Shown: piece by piece, positions 12,213 to 25,689 of the stretch | Layout: each line of letters starts with the position of its first letter | How positions within the stretch are numbered: the stretch's first letter is position 1 | Program-made: the position numbers and the translations under genes | From: Bilabrum cf. latius | Taxonomy: Eukaryota | Reading direction: 5' to 3' | DNA: 64,000 nucleotides | Assembly: GCA_965178125.1 (NCBI GenBank) | Contig: OZ237762.1 | Coordinates: forward strand, 186,001-250,000 | Notes under the pieces: generated by a model | Told to the model about the DNA's origin: nothing | The model's input: only the letters and a program-made list of their open reading frames with translations | Databases searched by the model: none

Positions 12213-15200
12213 TCACTCCTCCGCGCCCCCCGGGAAATCGAACACAAGCACGTGCAGCCCAAGCGTCCTGCTCTGGAACCCGGCCTCGCAGTACACCAGG
12301 TAGTAGTTCCACAGACGGATGAACGCATCATCGAAGCCCAGCCCCCGCACCTCATCCAGCCTGGCGTTGAAGTTGCGCCGCCACACCCGCAGCGTCTCGG
12401 CGTAGTGCAGCGCCCTGTTCTCGCACGCGTGCAGCATCAGCCCGGACCGACTCGCCATCGCGTCCAGGAGCGCGCGCAGGGACGGGCAGCAGCCCCCGGG
12501 GAAGATGATCGTGTTGATGAAGTCCGCGCACCGGATGTACTCCTCGTACCTCGCCTCGGGCATCGTGATGGCCTGCAGCACCAGCCGGCCCGTGGGCTGC
12601 TTCAGCAACCGGCCGCACGCACCCATGAACGTCCCCAGGTGGTTGTGCCCCACGGCCTCCACCATCTCGCAGCTGAACACGCGGTCAAACTCGCCCTCGT
12701 GCGCCGCGGCAAACTCCCGGTAGTCCGCCATCTCAAAGTGCACGCGGCTCTCCAGTCCCAGGGCACGCACCCTCTCCTCCGCCCACTCCTTCTGCTCCCG
12801 GCTCAGGGTGATCCCCGTCACGCTCACGCCTGGCACGGTCTGCGCCAGGCGGATGCTCAGCCCTCCCCACCCGAACCCGATGTCCAGCACCCGCATGCCC
12901 TCCCTCACCGCCCCCGCCTTGATGAGCGTGTCCAGCTTGCGCACTTGGGCCTCGTCCAGTGTGCCCTCCAGGCGCGGGCACGCTCGGAACGGCACGGGGT
13001 CGGAGGAAGGCGCCAGCGGCCTGCGAGGCTTCCCTGGGCTGCGTGTGTCTGACTCCACCGCGGAGGCGCCCTCCTCGCTGGGCATCGCGCCGAACCTCCC
13101 GTCCTCGTACTCTCGCGCGGGGGCCTCCCTGAAGTACCCGCACGAGTACATCATGGTCGTGTGGTCCAGGAACGTCTCGAACAGCCCGTTGGAGAGGTCA
13201 TAGTGCGCGTGGATGTTCTGCCTAGACCCCGCGATGGTGTTGTCCAGGTTCAGACGGTAGGACAGAAAGTTCAGGCTTGACCCGACCCACGAAGTCCACA
13301 GCGAGCTCGCCTGGAACCCGGACTCTGCCCTGTCTCTGTTCCTCAGCAGCACAGCGAACAGCTGGCCCAAGTCGTCCACGGACCACTGGCCCGCCACGTA
13401 GGCCCGGCCCATCCCCAGGCTGGACTCGGATGCAACCCGCAGGAAGTATCCCCAGTCGTGCACCGCCACGTAGGCCCGCGGCAGCTGCTCAGCCACACCG
13501 AACACGTGCTCGAATCCGTCGGGCATTCTCATGATTAGGCAGCCCTCCTTGATCCCAGACCGGAGGAATGACAGCACGGGGTAGCTCGCGGCGCGATACA
13601 GGGCACCCGTCCCTAGAGCCGCGCCCTGCTTCAGCACCCATGCCGCGGTGCTCAGCGGTGCGAGGGCAGCCGCCACCATCCCGCGCCCGCAAGGGTCTCC
13701 CCGTGCCCCTCCGGCTCCGAGCGATGCCGCAGCCCCGGCACCACCGCCCCGGGATGCGTACAGGGCCAGCTCGGCGGCGGGCTCCGAGGGAACAACGGTC
13801 TCGTGCACCGAGCGACAGGCCCACTTGGCCAGAGACTCGCGAGACCGCCGGGTGTCCAACCCGGAGCCCCCCGCTGCAATGGTTCCTGCTCTAGCCTCTA
13901 CATCCAATGCGGCTGGCAGCGCCGTGTGCCCACCCACGGCGCCCAGCGCATCCGCAGCCGGTGCTCGAGTGCGCGTGCGAGCCACAAAGTGCGCCACGGT
14001 CCCCGGGATGTCCCTCTCGTCCGCCTCTTGGAAGCTCCCGACCGAGCCCCCGTTCCCCGCGGCCCCTGGCTTGGCCTCCCCGAAGACTCGCGCGAGCAGC
14101 ACCGACAGCACCGCCCGCTCCCTGGCCCCGGGCACCTTCTGGAACAGCTCCTCCTGCACGGCAGCGCCGCCCGATGGCCTGGCCCCGCCCCGGAGTGCCA
14201 TGAGGCTCTGGCGAGCGGCCTGGAGGACCCTCCTCCCCATCGAGGCGGGGGAGGTGTCCACCCCGCCCGCACCATCGTGCACTGCAGCCGACCCTCGCGA
14301 AGCCAGATCGGACGCACTCCCCTGCTTGCTCTCGCTCTCGCGGGCCTTGCCCCTGCCCCCGTGCTTCCCTGCGGTCACACTCTCTTGTTCCCTGGCACCG
14401 AGCACGTGTTCCCTGGCTGCTGCCAGCACGTCCTGCAGCCCCGGATCCACCAGAGCGGCGCCCATCCCACCGGTCGAGCGCCCGCCCTCCTCTGCTGTGG
14501 ACCTCGCTCGGCTCACGATCACGTCAGGCATGCCCAGGCTCGGCTCGCGCTCGTGCTCCTGCGCGCCGCTGCTGTCCGGAGCCCCGCCTGCGATCGTGCT
14601 CATCATCTCGTCCAGCAGCCCCAGGAGCCTGCCTGCTTCGGTTTGGACGGCGGTACCCAGGGATGCTCGCAGGGGCGACTTGCCCTGGACCCAGGGATCA
14701 TGCTTTGCGGCGTAGGGCAGGTACGCCGCTGCTGCTGCTGCTGCTGCATGCTTGCCACTGCTCTTGCCCTTGGTGGCGTGCATGCGACCTGCAAGGTCAC
14801 CCGCAGCAGGGGGTACGCCCGCGGGCCTCGTTGTTCCCTGGCTGCCCTCGGCTCTCCTGCGCCGAGCAGCGGCCGCCTCTAGCGCGACACCAACTCCCGT
14901 GCTGGCCATCCGCCCCACCACCTCTCCATCCCCTTCCTGTCCGCTGTCTCCATGCATCCCGCTCCTGCTGCTGCTGCTGCCTCCATCGGTGGCGCTGGCA
15001 CTTGCACCAACGATCGTCGGGCCTGGGAGCGCGGCATACACCCGCGTGGTGTCTGCCTCTCCCGGCAGCCTCCACCACTCGGGCACAACGTGTGTCATGC
15101 GAGCGGCGACGCGCAGCCCCGCAGTCAGCCCGTCCTCGTGGAAACCGTTGGCGGCGTATGCCCCGCAGAACCACGCCCCCTGCTGGCCCTGCACCTCCTC

Positions 15201-16986
15201 CAGCATCCCCTGCGCCGCGACCGCCTCCTTGGTGTACTGCGGGTGCTCGTAGTGCATCTCCCGGAGGATGGTGCCCTCCTTGGGGCGGCGGCCGGGGTTC
15301 AGTGTGACGAACAGCTGGGGCACTCGCGGGGGCAGGTTCTGCAGGAGGTTGAGCCAGTAGGTGACGCAGCAAGGCTCCTGGAGCCCCTCCTAGGCGTCCA
15401 GGGAGGGCGAGTCACGGTCCTTTGTTCCCTTGCCCACGTAGTTCCACGCAGACCAAGCAGATCTGGCCTGGGGCATGAGCGTATCGTCCGTGTGCAGGAA
15501 GCACGTGTTGGGCTGGTACCTGAAGGCTCCCAGGACCCTCTTCTCGTCCTCGGTGGCGTGTTCCCCCAGGATCTGGAGGGCAGTGGGGGCGTGGCACGCG
15601 AACACCACCTGGTCGTACTCCCGTTCCACCCCTTGGGCATCCTTGAGGATGGTCACAGTGCGCATCTGGCCAGAGCCCGAGCCCGAGGATGAGGCCTGGG
15701 ACGAGGCGGCGGGGCTGGGTGTGCTCGGCAGCCCGACAGTTCCCTTGAGACCCTGGGGCACACGGCGAGCACCCGAGCCTAGAGCGTCACTGGCAACGGA
15801 ACCAGCAGACCCGCGAGGGCCACCGGATGCGTTCCTGGAGGAATGGGGGGATGAAGACGAAGACGAAGATGAAGATGGGCCCGCTGCAGACGCAGCCCCG
15901 CCCGTCCTGCTGCCCTCTCCCCTGCCGCTGACCTCGTCCTTCTCGTCCGCAGGGGCGCGGGCTGGCTCCACACGCCGGATTCGGCGGGCACTCGCGATGG
16001 GAGTGTGTTCCCTGGCAATCCCACCTGCCTTGCGGAGGGCCCCGAGGACGGCCTTGACGTACTGGCGGGACCTGCCCGTGACAGTCCTCCACTGGGGTGT
16101 TCCCAGCACCTGCAGCAGGTGGTGGTTCACAAAGAACCGGATGAGCGTCTCGGCAGGGAAACCTAGCACGTCCTCCGATGTCGCGCTCCAGACGGCCCCC
16201 ACCATGGGGATCAGAAAGAGGTCCTGAAACGCCTGCGAGTAGCCCTCTTGCTCGAGGTACTGGCCCAGCGTCAGGCCGGAGGGCTCCTTGCGCTCCAGCA
16301 GCTTGGGTGCCTCCTTGTTGAAGCGAAGAAGATCTTTTAAGAACAGGTAGTACTTCGGTTTCAGGAGATTTGCCGGCGTGGCGATGGGGTTGTTGCTGCT
16401 CCACTCCAAAGTCCGCTCCTGCAGAGAGACAGCGAAGCTCATGCACGTCGGTTCGTGCCGCACGCCAAGCTCCTGCGAGTAAAAAGGAAGCGTGAACTGG
16501 TAGCATGTACACCCTCCGATGAATTTGCATTCGTCGAGCCCATCTGGACGCTAGGGCATTCCCGCACAACAGCGACGGGGCGATCCGCACAGGGTGTGAC
16601 GTGGCTCGCCCTACTCACCTCAAAGAAGCCTAGCAGGTTTGGGTATGTAAGCTCGTTGAAAACGAGAAACCCAGTGTCTACTGGTGTCCCATCTGGCTGC
16701 GATGATAAGACTCAGCTGGCGCTTTCGGAATGGATTCTTCTGTCTGCGCTAAATGTTCGCAATGCGCAAGAGCAGCCACCCGGCGCCTCGCAGCTCATCC
16801 CGGGCCGAGTTGCACAAAATAAATACTACTTACAAGGTCAAATGTATCTGCGTGCCCCCCGAACTTGCCTGCTTCGTACAGGTCTACAGAAACACCTGGG
16901 TCCTTGCTCGCCAGCCACGAGCACCCAAGACCTGTCACTCCTCCTCCAACAATCGCTACACGGGTTTTATTCTTAGACGCCTGCAT
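12213..16986 (-). CDS. FAD-dependent oxidoreductase (amine-oxidase family) fused to a cyclopropane-fatty-acid-synthase-family methyltransferase, about 1496 aa
   Basis: Exons 16986-16834, 16696-16619 and 16472-12213, with GTAAGT/GTGAGT...CAG introns. Motifs: VAIVGGGVTG (Rossmann), VDTGFLVFNELTYPNL, AWSAWNY, CVTYWLNLLQNL, GFHEDGL, NIHAHYDLSN, VLDIGFGWG, WNYYLVYCEAGF. One in-frame TAG at 15390; TGA stop. Confidence 0.9.
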
Positions 16987-17150
16987 ACTGAATACAAACG
17001 AAAAGTCCAGACGCGCTTCTGCTATGGTTGTGAGCCCAAGACCGACTCGCGAAGTGGCAAGATCCCTTCTGTCAGATGATGCACACAAGATGCATCGTCA
17101 CTGCGCTCGTCACCCAAAACCGTGCAGACCACAAAGGCCCAGATAGAAGA

Positions 17151-18872
17151 ATGCCTGGACACGCCATTGCGTCTGGATGGGTATCGCATGCGAGAACACG
17201 ACCTTTCGGTCACGCTTTTCGGTACAACGTGGCTCGAGCTGCAGTTGATCTGGACGTAAGACACCCGGTCGATCTGCTCGAGTTCACATCCGTCAATTTT
17301 ATGCGTATTTGCGCTACTTTACCACCATGTTAACGACAACAGGACTAGAAAACACTATTTGGCGGGTGGTGGCCGATTGGAAGCACTTCTACCAGATGGG
17401 CAGCCGCAGCCTTCTTGGAGCAGGATCATGGGCAGGGACTAGACAACGACATCCGGTTGTCAAGCAGTGCAGCTCGTAGCATATCGCTAGCAGATAAGAT
17501 CCGCAATCTTGTGAAGACTAGGGCTGGCGCCAAGCCAACGGGGCGCGTGATTTTGCTCACTCATTTGAGCTACATGGGTTATTGCTTTAACCCCGTTTGC
17601 TTCTACTACTGCATGCATGCTGCAGGCACTCGCACAGAAGCAGGCACTATCAAGCATGAATAGATAGCAGCCATTGTGCTGGAGGTCACGAACACACCAT
17701 GGCAGGAGACGACGCACTACGTCCTGCACCCTGGGGTGGATGGCGTCAGGTGCTTCGCTGACATTGGGACTGCCAGTCAGGACTCGGCAGCAGAGGACAC
17801 TGGAGGCAAACCGAGTGCGGACACCCACCGTTCTGGCTGCGACAGATCTCGCGTGGATTGGAGCCGTCGGTCGGCTGGATTCGAGGAGCCCTCCCTGTGG
17901 ACCGAGGTCAAGACCGAGGCTGAATTCCAGGCGGCGATTGCAGGGGGCGGGGCGGGTGGGAATGCGCGGCGCCTGCGGTTCCGCTGGCCCAAGGGCCTGC
18001 ACGTGTCTCCCTTCTTTGGAATGGACCACGAGTACGACTGGATCTTCGCCCTGCCTGACGCGGGGGCGGGAACTGGGGCGGGTGACAGCGTTGGTGGTAA
18101 TGGTGATGGGCCGCACCAAGACAAGGCTGACGAGGCTGAATGCTTGGATCCCGAGGGAGACAAGGTGTCGGGGCCAGGCGGTAGCAGCAGGACGGCCGCT
18201 GGCCAGGAAGGGGTTGCACAGCAGGAGCGAGGCAATAAAGTGAGGCAGCCCCCCCCGGGCCTCCCTCTCACCTCGTTCCACGTGTGGGGCCGCAACACAC
18301 GGGACAGAGCCACGGTACTGCGGGAGGAGAGAGAGGCTAACAGCAAGGGCAAGGGATAGAGCGAGGACATAGCCAAGAGCAAGCCACAGGCAGGTCGGGG
18401 ACGAGCCGGCAGCAGACATGCCAAGCGAGACGCACATGAGGATGCGGATGGAGATCGGAACGATGCTCACGGTGCCCGCACGGGCCTGTGTGACGAGGAC
18501 AGACTCGTGGTGTTCAGCGCACAGACGCACTTGGTCGCGGAGCCGATCCAGTTCCTGCCCTTCTTGTGGCTGCTCCTGTGGAGGTTCCCGCTGATCACGT
18601 GGATGGTGCAGCTGCGGATCCACTGGCAGGCGCTCCTGCTCATCTGGAAGGGAGCAGTGCTGTTCCCCAACCCGAATCCAGCGAGCAATGACAACTGCAC
18701 GACCAGGGCCATCGAGGCAGTGGCAATGCCTGTGGTGTGGCTGCTCACCGCAGTCGGGCTCATGGAAGGGGGCAGCAGCAGCGGCGGCACCAGCACCAGC
18801 AAGGAGCGAACGGAAGAGGGGGGAAGGGGTGCCACGGCACAGGATATGGCTCAAAGAAAAAGGAAGACGTGA
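17151..18872 (+). CDS. DUF1365-family protein
   Basis: Exon 17151-17255 (GWVSHARTRPFGHAFRY...DLD), intron 17256-17342 (acceptor could instead be 17348), then LLTHLSYMGYCFNPVCFYYC, LEVTNTPW, KGLHVSPF and IHWQALLLIWKG. In-frame TAGs at 17661 and 18357; TGA stop. Confidence 0.85.
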
Positions 18873-19594
18873 CCAATAGGATGTTGTAGTCTTTGGAAGA
18901 TTTGATGCTCGGCACTCTGGCAGAGGTCGCACGTCCACCTCGCGTGCGACCAACTTGTAGCACATCGAATGCCGGGTTGATCCAGTGCAGCGACTACAGC
19001 CGTAGGTTTGAACGAGTTCTGGATATACCGTGAAGTAGTCTGCTATTTAATCATTGTACAATGGGAAGGCTGCATTACCAGAATACCGGTAGCTACGGGT
19101 AGCCCTGACCCCAAAGAAGAATCTCACGTGACCGATCTTGCCCCCTGTAGGCGCATTAAGCTCGGAGTGACACGCGATTGGAATCTTACTGAAACAAAGT
19201 ATGCGCGGCTTCGTGCACGTGCGGTGCTCTGGCGCCGTCTTGCTATCCTTCGCGCTGGTTGGATCTGGAAGCGCGGGCTTGAGTTAGCCAGCGTTGTCTG
19301 CCAATCCGTAGGTCATGTTCAATATGTTTGCTGCTGACAGTTCCGTCCCGTTGAACTGGAGCTCACTGAATCTTTGGGAAAGGGCGGTTGACAGTTGCAA
19401 CGGTAAGCTTGACGACCTGCATTGCATGCCTAGTAGATGCTACGGCGCTACCGCTCGTGCACGCCAACTTCAAGTTGGCACGATACTGTGGATGCTTCAA
19501 TTGGATCTTTGCACCATGCTTATTTAGCGCAGCGACTTGGTTCGTGCTGCCGAACTCGTCCCACCTCGAAGTGGCAGGCTGGGCCGGCAGCCGT

Positions 19595-22500
19595 ATGAGC
19601 GACCCCCTCCGGACTATCTCGAGCACGGATGCTCGCTTGGAGCAGGTGCTCCCTGCAGATCCATCCAGCTGCCAGTCCATGCTGGCGAGGCCCTGGTTCA
19701 ATTCCCCCCGTCCCAACATGTGGTCAACCCAGCACTGGGCATGGCCCGCCGCACCCGGCACCCCTCTCGGTGCCCCCGGTGCGTCCAGCAAGACCTACCC
19801 GAACATTGCCCGACCGGCCCTAGGAACGAACCACTACATCCCGGGGCTAGCCACCCAGCAGCAGGGGCCCCCGCAGATCACCAGTGCAGACCCACGGGCA
19901 GCCGCCCCGTCGCCCCCGCGCCGCTCTGCAGAGCCCTACACAGTGGAGGCATGGGCCATGCAGATCACGCAGCATGCTTCCAACCAGATATACGTGGAGA
20001 ACTACGGGATGTACATGGGCCATGCAGATCACGCAGCATGCCTCCAACCAGATATACGTGGAGAACTACGGGATGTACATGGGCCATGCAGATCACGCAG
20101 CATGCCTCCAACCAGATATACGTGGAGAACTACGGGATGTACATGGGCCATGCAGATCACGCAGCATGCCTCCAACCAGATATACGTGGAGAACTACGGG
20201 ATGTACATGGGCCATGCAGATCACGCAGCATGCCTCCAACCAGATATACGTGGAGAACTACGGGATGTACATGGGCCATGCAGATCACGCAGCATGCCTC
20301 CAACCAGATATACGTGGAGAACTACGGGATGTACATGGGCCATGCAGATCACGCAGCATGCCTCCAACCAGATATACGTGGAGAACTACGGGATGTACAT
20401 GGGCCATGCAGATCACGCAGCATGCCTCCAACCAGATATACGTGGAGAACTACGGGATGTACATGGGCCATGCAGATCACGCAGCATGCCTCCAACCAGA
20501 TATACGTGGAGAACTACGGGATGTACATGGGCCATGCAGATCACGCAGCATGCCTCCAACCAGATATACGTGGAGAACTACGGGATGTACATGGGCCATG
20601 CAGATCACGCAGCATGCCTCCAACCAGATATACGTGGAGAACTACGGGATGTACATGGGCCATGCAGATCACGCAGCATGCCTCCAACCAGATATACGTG
20701 GAGAACTACGGGATGTACATGGGCCATGCAGATCACGCAGCATGCCTCCAACCAGATATACGTGGAGAACTACGGGATGTACATGGGCCATGCAGATCAC
20801 GCAGCATGCCTCCAACCAGATATACGTGGAGAACTACGGGATGTACATGGGCCATGCAGATCACGCAGCATGCCTCCAACCAGATATACGTGGAGAACTA
20901 CGGGATGTACATGGGCCATGCAGATCACGCAGCATGCCTCCAACCAGATATACGTGGAGAACTACGGGATGTACATGGGCCATGCAGATCACGCAGCATG
21001 CCTCCAACCAGATATACGTGGAGAACTACGGGATGTACATGGGCCATGCAGATCACGCAGCATGCCTCCAACCAGATATACGTGGAGAACTACGGGATGT
21101 ACATGGGCCATGCAGATCACGCAGCATGCCTCCAACCAGATATACGTGGAGAACTACGGGATGTACATGGGCCATGCAGATCACGCAGCATGCCTCCAAC
21201 CAGATATACGTGGAGAACTACGGGATGTACATGGGCCATGCAGATCACGCAGCATGCCTCCAACCAGATATACGTGGAGAACTACGGGATGTACATGGGC
21301 CATGCAGATCACGCAGCATGCCTCCAACCAGATATACGTGGAGAACTACGGGATGTACATGGGCCATGCAGATCACGCAGCATGCCTCCAACCAGATATA
21401 CGTGGAGAACTACGGGATGTACATGGGCCATGCAGATCACGCAGCATGCCTCCAACCAGATATACGTGGAGAACTACGGGATGTACATGGGCACCAAAGG
21501 GTACGGTCCTGCCATCGAGAGGACTCCAAACGAGTGGGGGGTGCAGGGACTCGGCGGCTCTCGCCGGCTGTTGTTCCCTGGAGACCAGGCCCCCCTGACT
21601 GTGTGCTCGCAGTGGTCCATGGCAGAGTGTCCGCGGTCCACGTTCGAAGAGAGGTGCACCCCGCTGGACCGGCCCATCGCAGCAAATGACACGTGCAGGC
21701 ACACCGCGGAGTGGCCCAGCACCTAGTCGCCGCTTCAGTCGTCGCGCGACCTATCCCATGTCCAAGGAACAGCAGGGCCAGGGCCAGGGCCAGCACCAGA
21801 GCAGCAGAAGTGCCCACCGTGGCGTGGGGGTAGTTCGGAGATCTACAACAACACCGGAGTGACACCGGACTGGGCCAAGGAACTATCCAGGGAGTTTGGA
21901 ATCCAGCTGCGGCCAGCCAGCGCGTGCGCAGGCACGGCTGTCAGCGTAAAGAGCCAGGGCTAGGCAAGGGCCCTGCAATAGACACCCCGCTGGCACTAGG
22001 TGCTGGAGACCGTCTGGCCACCGGGCACTGTGGCTGTGCTTCCGTATGACGTCGACGTGGTGCCCAAAGGGGATGCGTCGGACTACGCCTGGCGCATCAA
22101 CAGGGGGTACGTGATCTCGGTGTTGCTGGACTCACCGCCTTCGAGTCTCAAGGGGATGCAGTCCAGTGAAACTGCAGGCAATTCATCAAGGTCAGACATT
22201 GTGTGCCAGGGAATATTCCCTGGCGGAGATCCCATCAACGGCGGCCCGCTGCCGGCCCGCCGCGTGATACTCGACGATGCGTCCTGCGTGCTGCACCGCA
22301 ACTGCACCCCGGCTACAGGCACCGCCACTGATCGGAACAGCAGCGAGTACCTAGCTGCCCTTGCGGGCTACAGCCACACGGCCATTGGGGGTCTCTTCCC
22401 ATCGGGTGTGACGGCGTGTGCCGTGGCGTACGATGTTGACTTCGATGTGACCAACTCGGACGCAATGGCCATCGACTACCCGATCGGGTAGAACTCCGCT

Positions 22501-25485
22501 GCATTCGCATTCGGTGGGCACAGGCCCCCGTTCGCAACAGGCACGGCGCTGGTAGAGGCAAGCCGGGGGCGATATGTCCCGGGAGACATGAGACCGAGAA
22601 TCATTCGAAATACCACATCAAGGCATACCCCCGCATCAACTGGGGTGTCCGACTGGCTGGGTGCATCGGGGTCTATTTTGCACCATACTGAACCTATTGG
22701 TGGTCTCCAAGCTGGGCAGACTTCGTCTCCGCACGCAGCACGGCGCGCATCTACGGCAACATATCCCTCGCCGGTGGTCACCAGGGCAGACGAAGGGATG
22801 GCCCTCGCCTCCTACAGCCTGTACAGGGGCGCAGTGCTGCATCGCCTGGTGCCGCCCGCGCCTCCCATGTCCCTGCCCCGGGTGCAGGGCGGGTACTGGC
22901 AGTGCCGGCGCACCTCGTTGGTGGGATCCATGGCAGGCAGGCCAGTGTGCAGGGCGGGCTGCACGAGCCCTGGGCAGGTCCCTGTCGATGTGCAGCAGGA
23001 GCAGTCTGCAGCGGCTGGCAAGGCGCAAGTTGTTACTGGCGGCGGGTGGCAGCTGGTCTCTTCAGTGGCCCGGCTGTGGTACGGGGAGTGGAGAGGGTAT
23101 CCACAGCTGATGGTGCCTGAATTGCTGTATGACCCTGGCAGGCTAGCCCGCGTGCCTGCCATCGGCCAGTTGCTGCACAATGGCCAGGAGGGGTCTACTG
23201 ACTGGCAACAGCAGCGATACGCTGACGGAACAAAGGCTTCCATGTCGTGCGAGGTCGACGTTCCGACGTGGAACCGCGCCATCTCCGGCCATGCGCAGTA
23301 GTGGCGGCATAGAGAGCCTGCCTCTCGTGCAGTGATTCGTTTTGACCTGTTCTTTGACAGGAACCAGTGGCCAGCGGCACAGACGCAGTACGTCAAGCAC
23401 CCAGGAACCGCGCCTGGGCTTGACTACCCCTCCCCCAGTGCAGACCAAGTCGCCTGGCTGCTAGAGGACGTGCAGGCGGACCTGAAGGACCTGGCTGGGC
23501 TGGGCTCTTCTGTGCAGCCGGTGCATGTGGAGCTGCTCGGGGTGGAGCTCGATCCACCGGGACCTCCCTTGATCCAGGGACAGGGAGCGCCGCAGCTGTG
23601 GATGCGGCTGCGCATGAAGGCTATATTGGAGTAGGAGAAGGATGAGGTTTCTAGTCTGAGTGAATGGGAGGTGTACGGAAACTCGCAGGGCTCGAATGCG
23701 AGCACAAGATCTAGCTTTAGATAGCGAGCGTGGTCGGCAGGCGCCATGGGGCATGGCATAGCGGATGTGCTGCGAGGACACCGCAGGGGTGCGGAGTTGG
23801 GCACCTGGCTGCTGGCAGTGGACCCCGACTCGGTGCAGCTGCAGGTGTTCGTCCCGTGTCTGAAGGGGATGGTTCGAACTATGGCCCCGATGGGCGAGTG
23901 CGAGCGCAGCTGGACTGAGATGGCGGGAGTGCCCGCTCTGTGGCTGGACATGTGCCTGCTGCTGCTTGTGGCAGTGCTGGTTGGAGTTTGCTGCCTAGGC
24001 CCCTGCTGCGGATCGGCGGGGCCAGAGCGCGCTTGCAGATCCAGGTACCCTTGGCATGGCAGCAGCCGAGCCATGCTGTGCGCGGCAGGGGGTCTCCAAA
24101 CGAGGCTCGCTGTGATTTCGGTGTTCGGTGCTAGTCTGGGCGTGCCCGCAGCCGCGTGGATCGGGTGCTTGGCTATGTTCTCTGCCGTGCGGGCTGGCAT
24201 GGTGCTGTGCGGCCTGGACGCTGCAGGGCTTGCGCTCAGTAGGAGCGCTGCGCCGAAACAAAGTAGTAGGACGGATGCATTGGAGCTGACAGTGTCTCTC
24301 AACGACGTCGAGCTCGATCTCACCGACTAGGATCGGTGGCCGCACACGAACAGTCCTGGCAGACGTGCGGGAGTGTTGATGTCGGCTGCATCGAGCAGAC
24401 GCACAGCCACAGCGGGTCGTGGCACCGCACCGGCTCCAGCCATCATGCATAAAAAGAACAGGATGCAGTTGAATCCAAGGAACCAGACCCAGTCTTTTGC
24501 CCGCTCGCAGGTTAAAGCCGCACAATGGCCGAGTCGAGGACACAGCACCGCATCCACTCGCCACATGCGTACCACCGGACGCCCTGAGCTAGGCATGAGC
24601 CAAAGTACGCCACCACTTGGCCCGGCCCTCAGGGTACAGGACAGCAGGGCTCGCCCTGCGGCGGCTCCATTGCTTCAGTGTTCCAGCCTTGGCGCGGCCG
24701 CGACGAGCTACAAGGACTGGAGCGTGGTGTAGCGGCTGTCGGCGTCACCTGCGCTGTGCACTCTTGTCCGCAGCTTGGCCTGCCTCCACTGGGAGGCCCA
24801 GTCTTTGCTCTGGAGCGAGCTAGATGAGACCGCATGCTGCTACAGGGATGATGCGTTCGCAAGGACCAGGTCATCATCTGATGCCTCCAGGCAGGCAGCT
24901 GCCGGCCTGCTGCCGAGTGCGGACGGGTCCAGCTCCTCAGGTGCGGACCCGAGTGACCAGTGCCAACGAGATAAGAATCAACCGCACAGCGATCAGGGCG
25001 TGGACGTTAGTCGCGCTGGAGATCTAGCTGAAACGAGCCTTTCGGCTAATGCTGCTGGCTTGCCAGTCCTTCCCTTGGCTGGAGCTGAGCTTAGCGGCCA
25101 AGAGCAGGATTCAGTGGAGCGAAAGGCGTCGTTCAGGCGCGGCACTACCCGATTCGGCAATCGATCTGAGGTTCTCCGGGCTCGTCGTGTGCGCGTGGTC
25201 ATGTATCACGGATGGTGGATGCGACTGTTCGAGGACGTGGTGGTGCTGGCGTGCGTCGCGTGGTCAGTGGCGTGCAGTCTTGGGGCATGCCCTGCAGCTG
25301 CCTGCGTACCCCGGGGTGGGCAGGAGGGCATAGTAGGCGAAGAAACAACGGATCGTGCGCTGGCGCTGACGCCGGTGCTTCTCGCTGGTTAGCGGTTGCA
25401 GCTCGCGGGTCTATCACTGGCTTTGGCGGGGGCGCTTGCACTTGGCGGGATTGTTGACCTTGTCATCGTGGTTTGGTGCGTCTAA
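19595..25485 (+). CDS. Large hypothetical membrane protein, frameshifted as assembled by a 64-bp tandem expansion
   Basis: From 21493 one frame runs to TAA at 25483 through 11 TAGs, with hydrophobic segments near 23930-24250 and 25200-25480. The upstream frame joins it only if the repeat copy number is 1 mod 3. The start codon is uncertain. Confidence 0.55.
19953..21492 (+). repeat. Near-perfect 64-bp tandem repeat, 24 copies
   Basis: Unit CATGCAGATCACGCAGCATGCCTCCAACCAGATATACGTGGAGAACTACGGGATGTACATGGGC. Only the first copy differs (GCTTCC vs GCCTCC). Confidence 0.95.
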
Positions 25486-25689
25486 TCCGGACCCATCGCA
25501 AATTACGTAACCTTACGACTAGCAAGCAATTGGCGTCTTGTCGTCGGCTTGCTTTATGACTTATGACCATACGATCCCCAGCCGGCTGATAGACAACAAG
25601 TCTAGATCTGGTGTTCAACAAATATGTAGCGGCATCACTGGATGGCCTACTTCCACGGATCAACAGGATGGATCCGTGCTTGCCCTGGA

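Larger units (their letters stand above)
1257..12836. repeat. Tandem segmental duplication of the unit [CFA 3' half + 3' flank + ZnF gene], about 2.4 kb period
   Basis: Homologous positions at 3450, 5865 and 8280 are 2415 bp apart. The non-coding spacers are also near-identical between copies. Confidence 0.9.

Noticed and set aside
1257-12836. The ZnF/CFA array as a transposable element
   Set aside because: No transposase, reverse transcriptase, helicase, terminal repeats or per-unit target-site duplications were seen; simple tandem duplication explains it.
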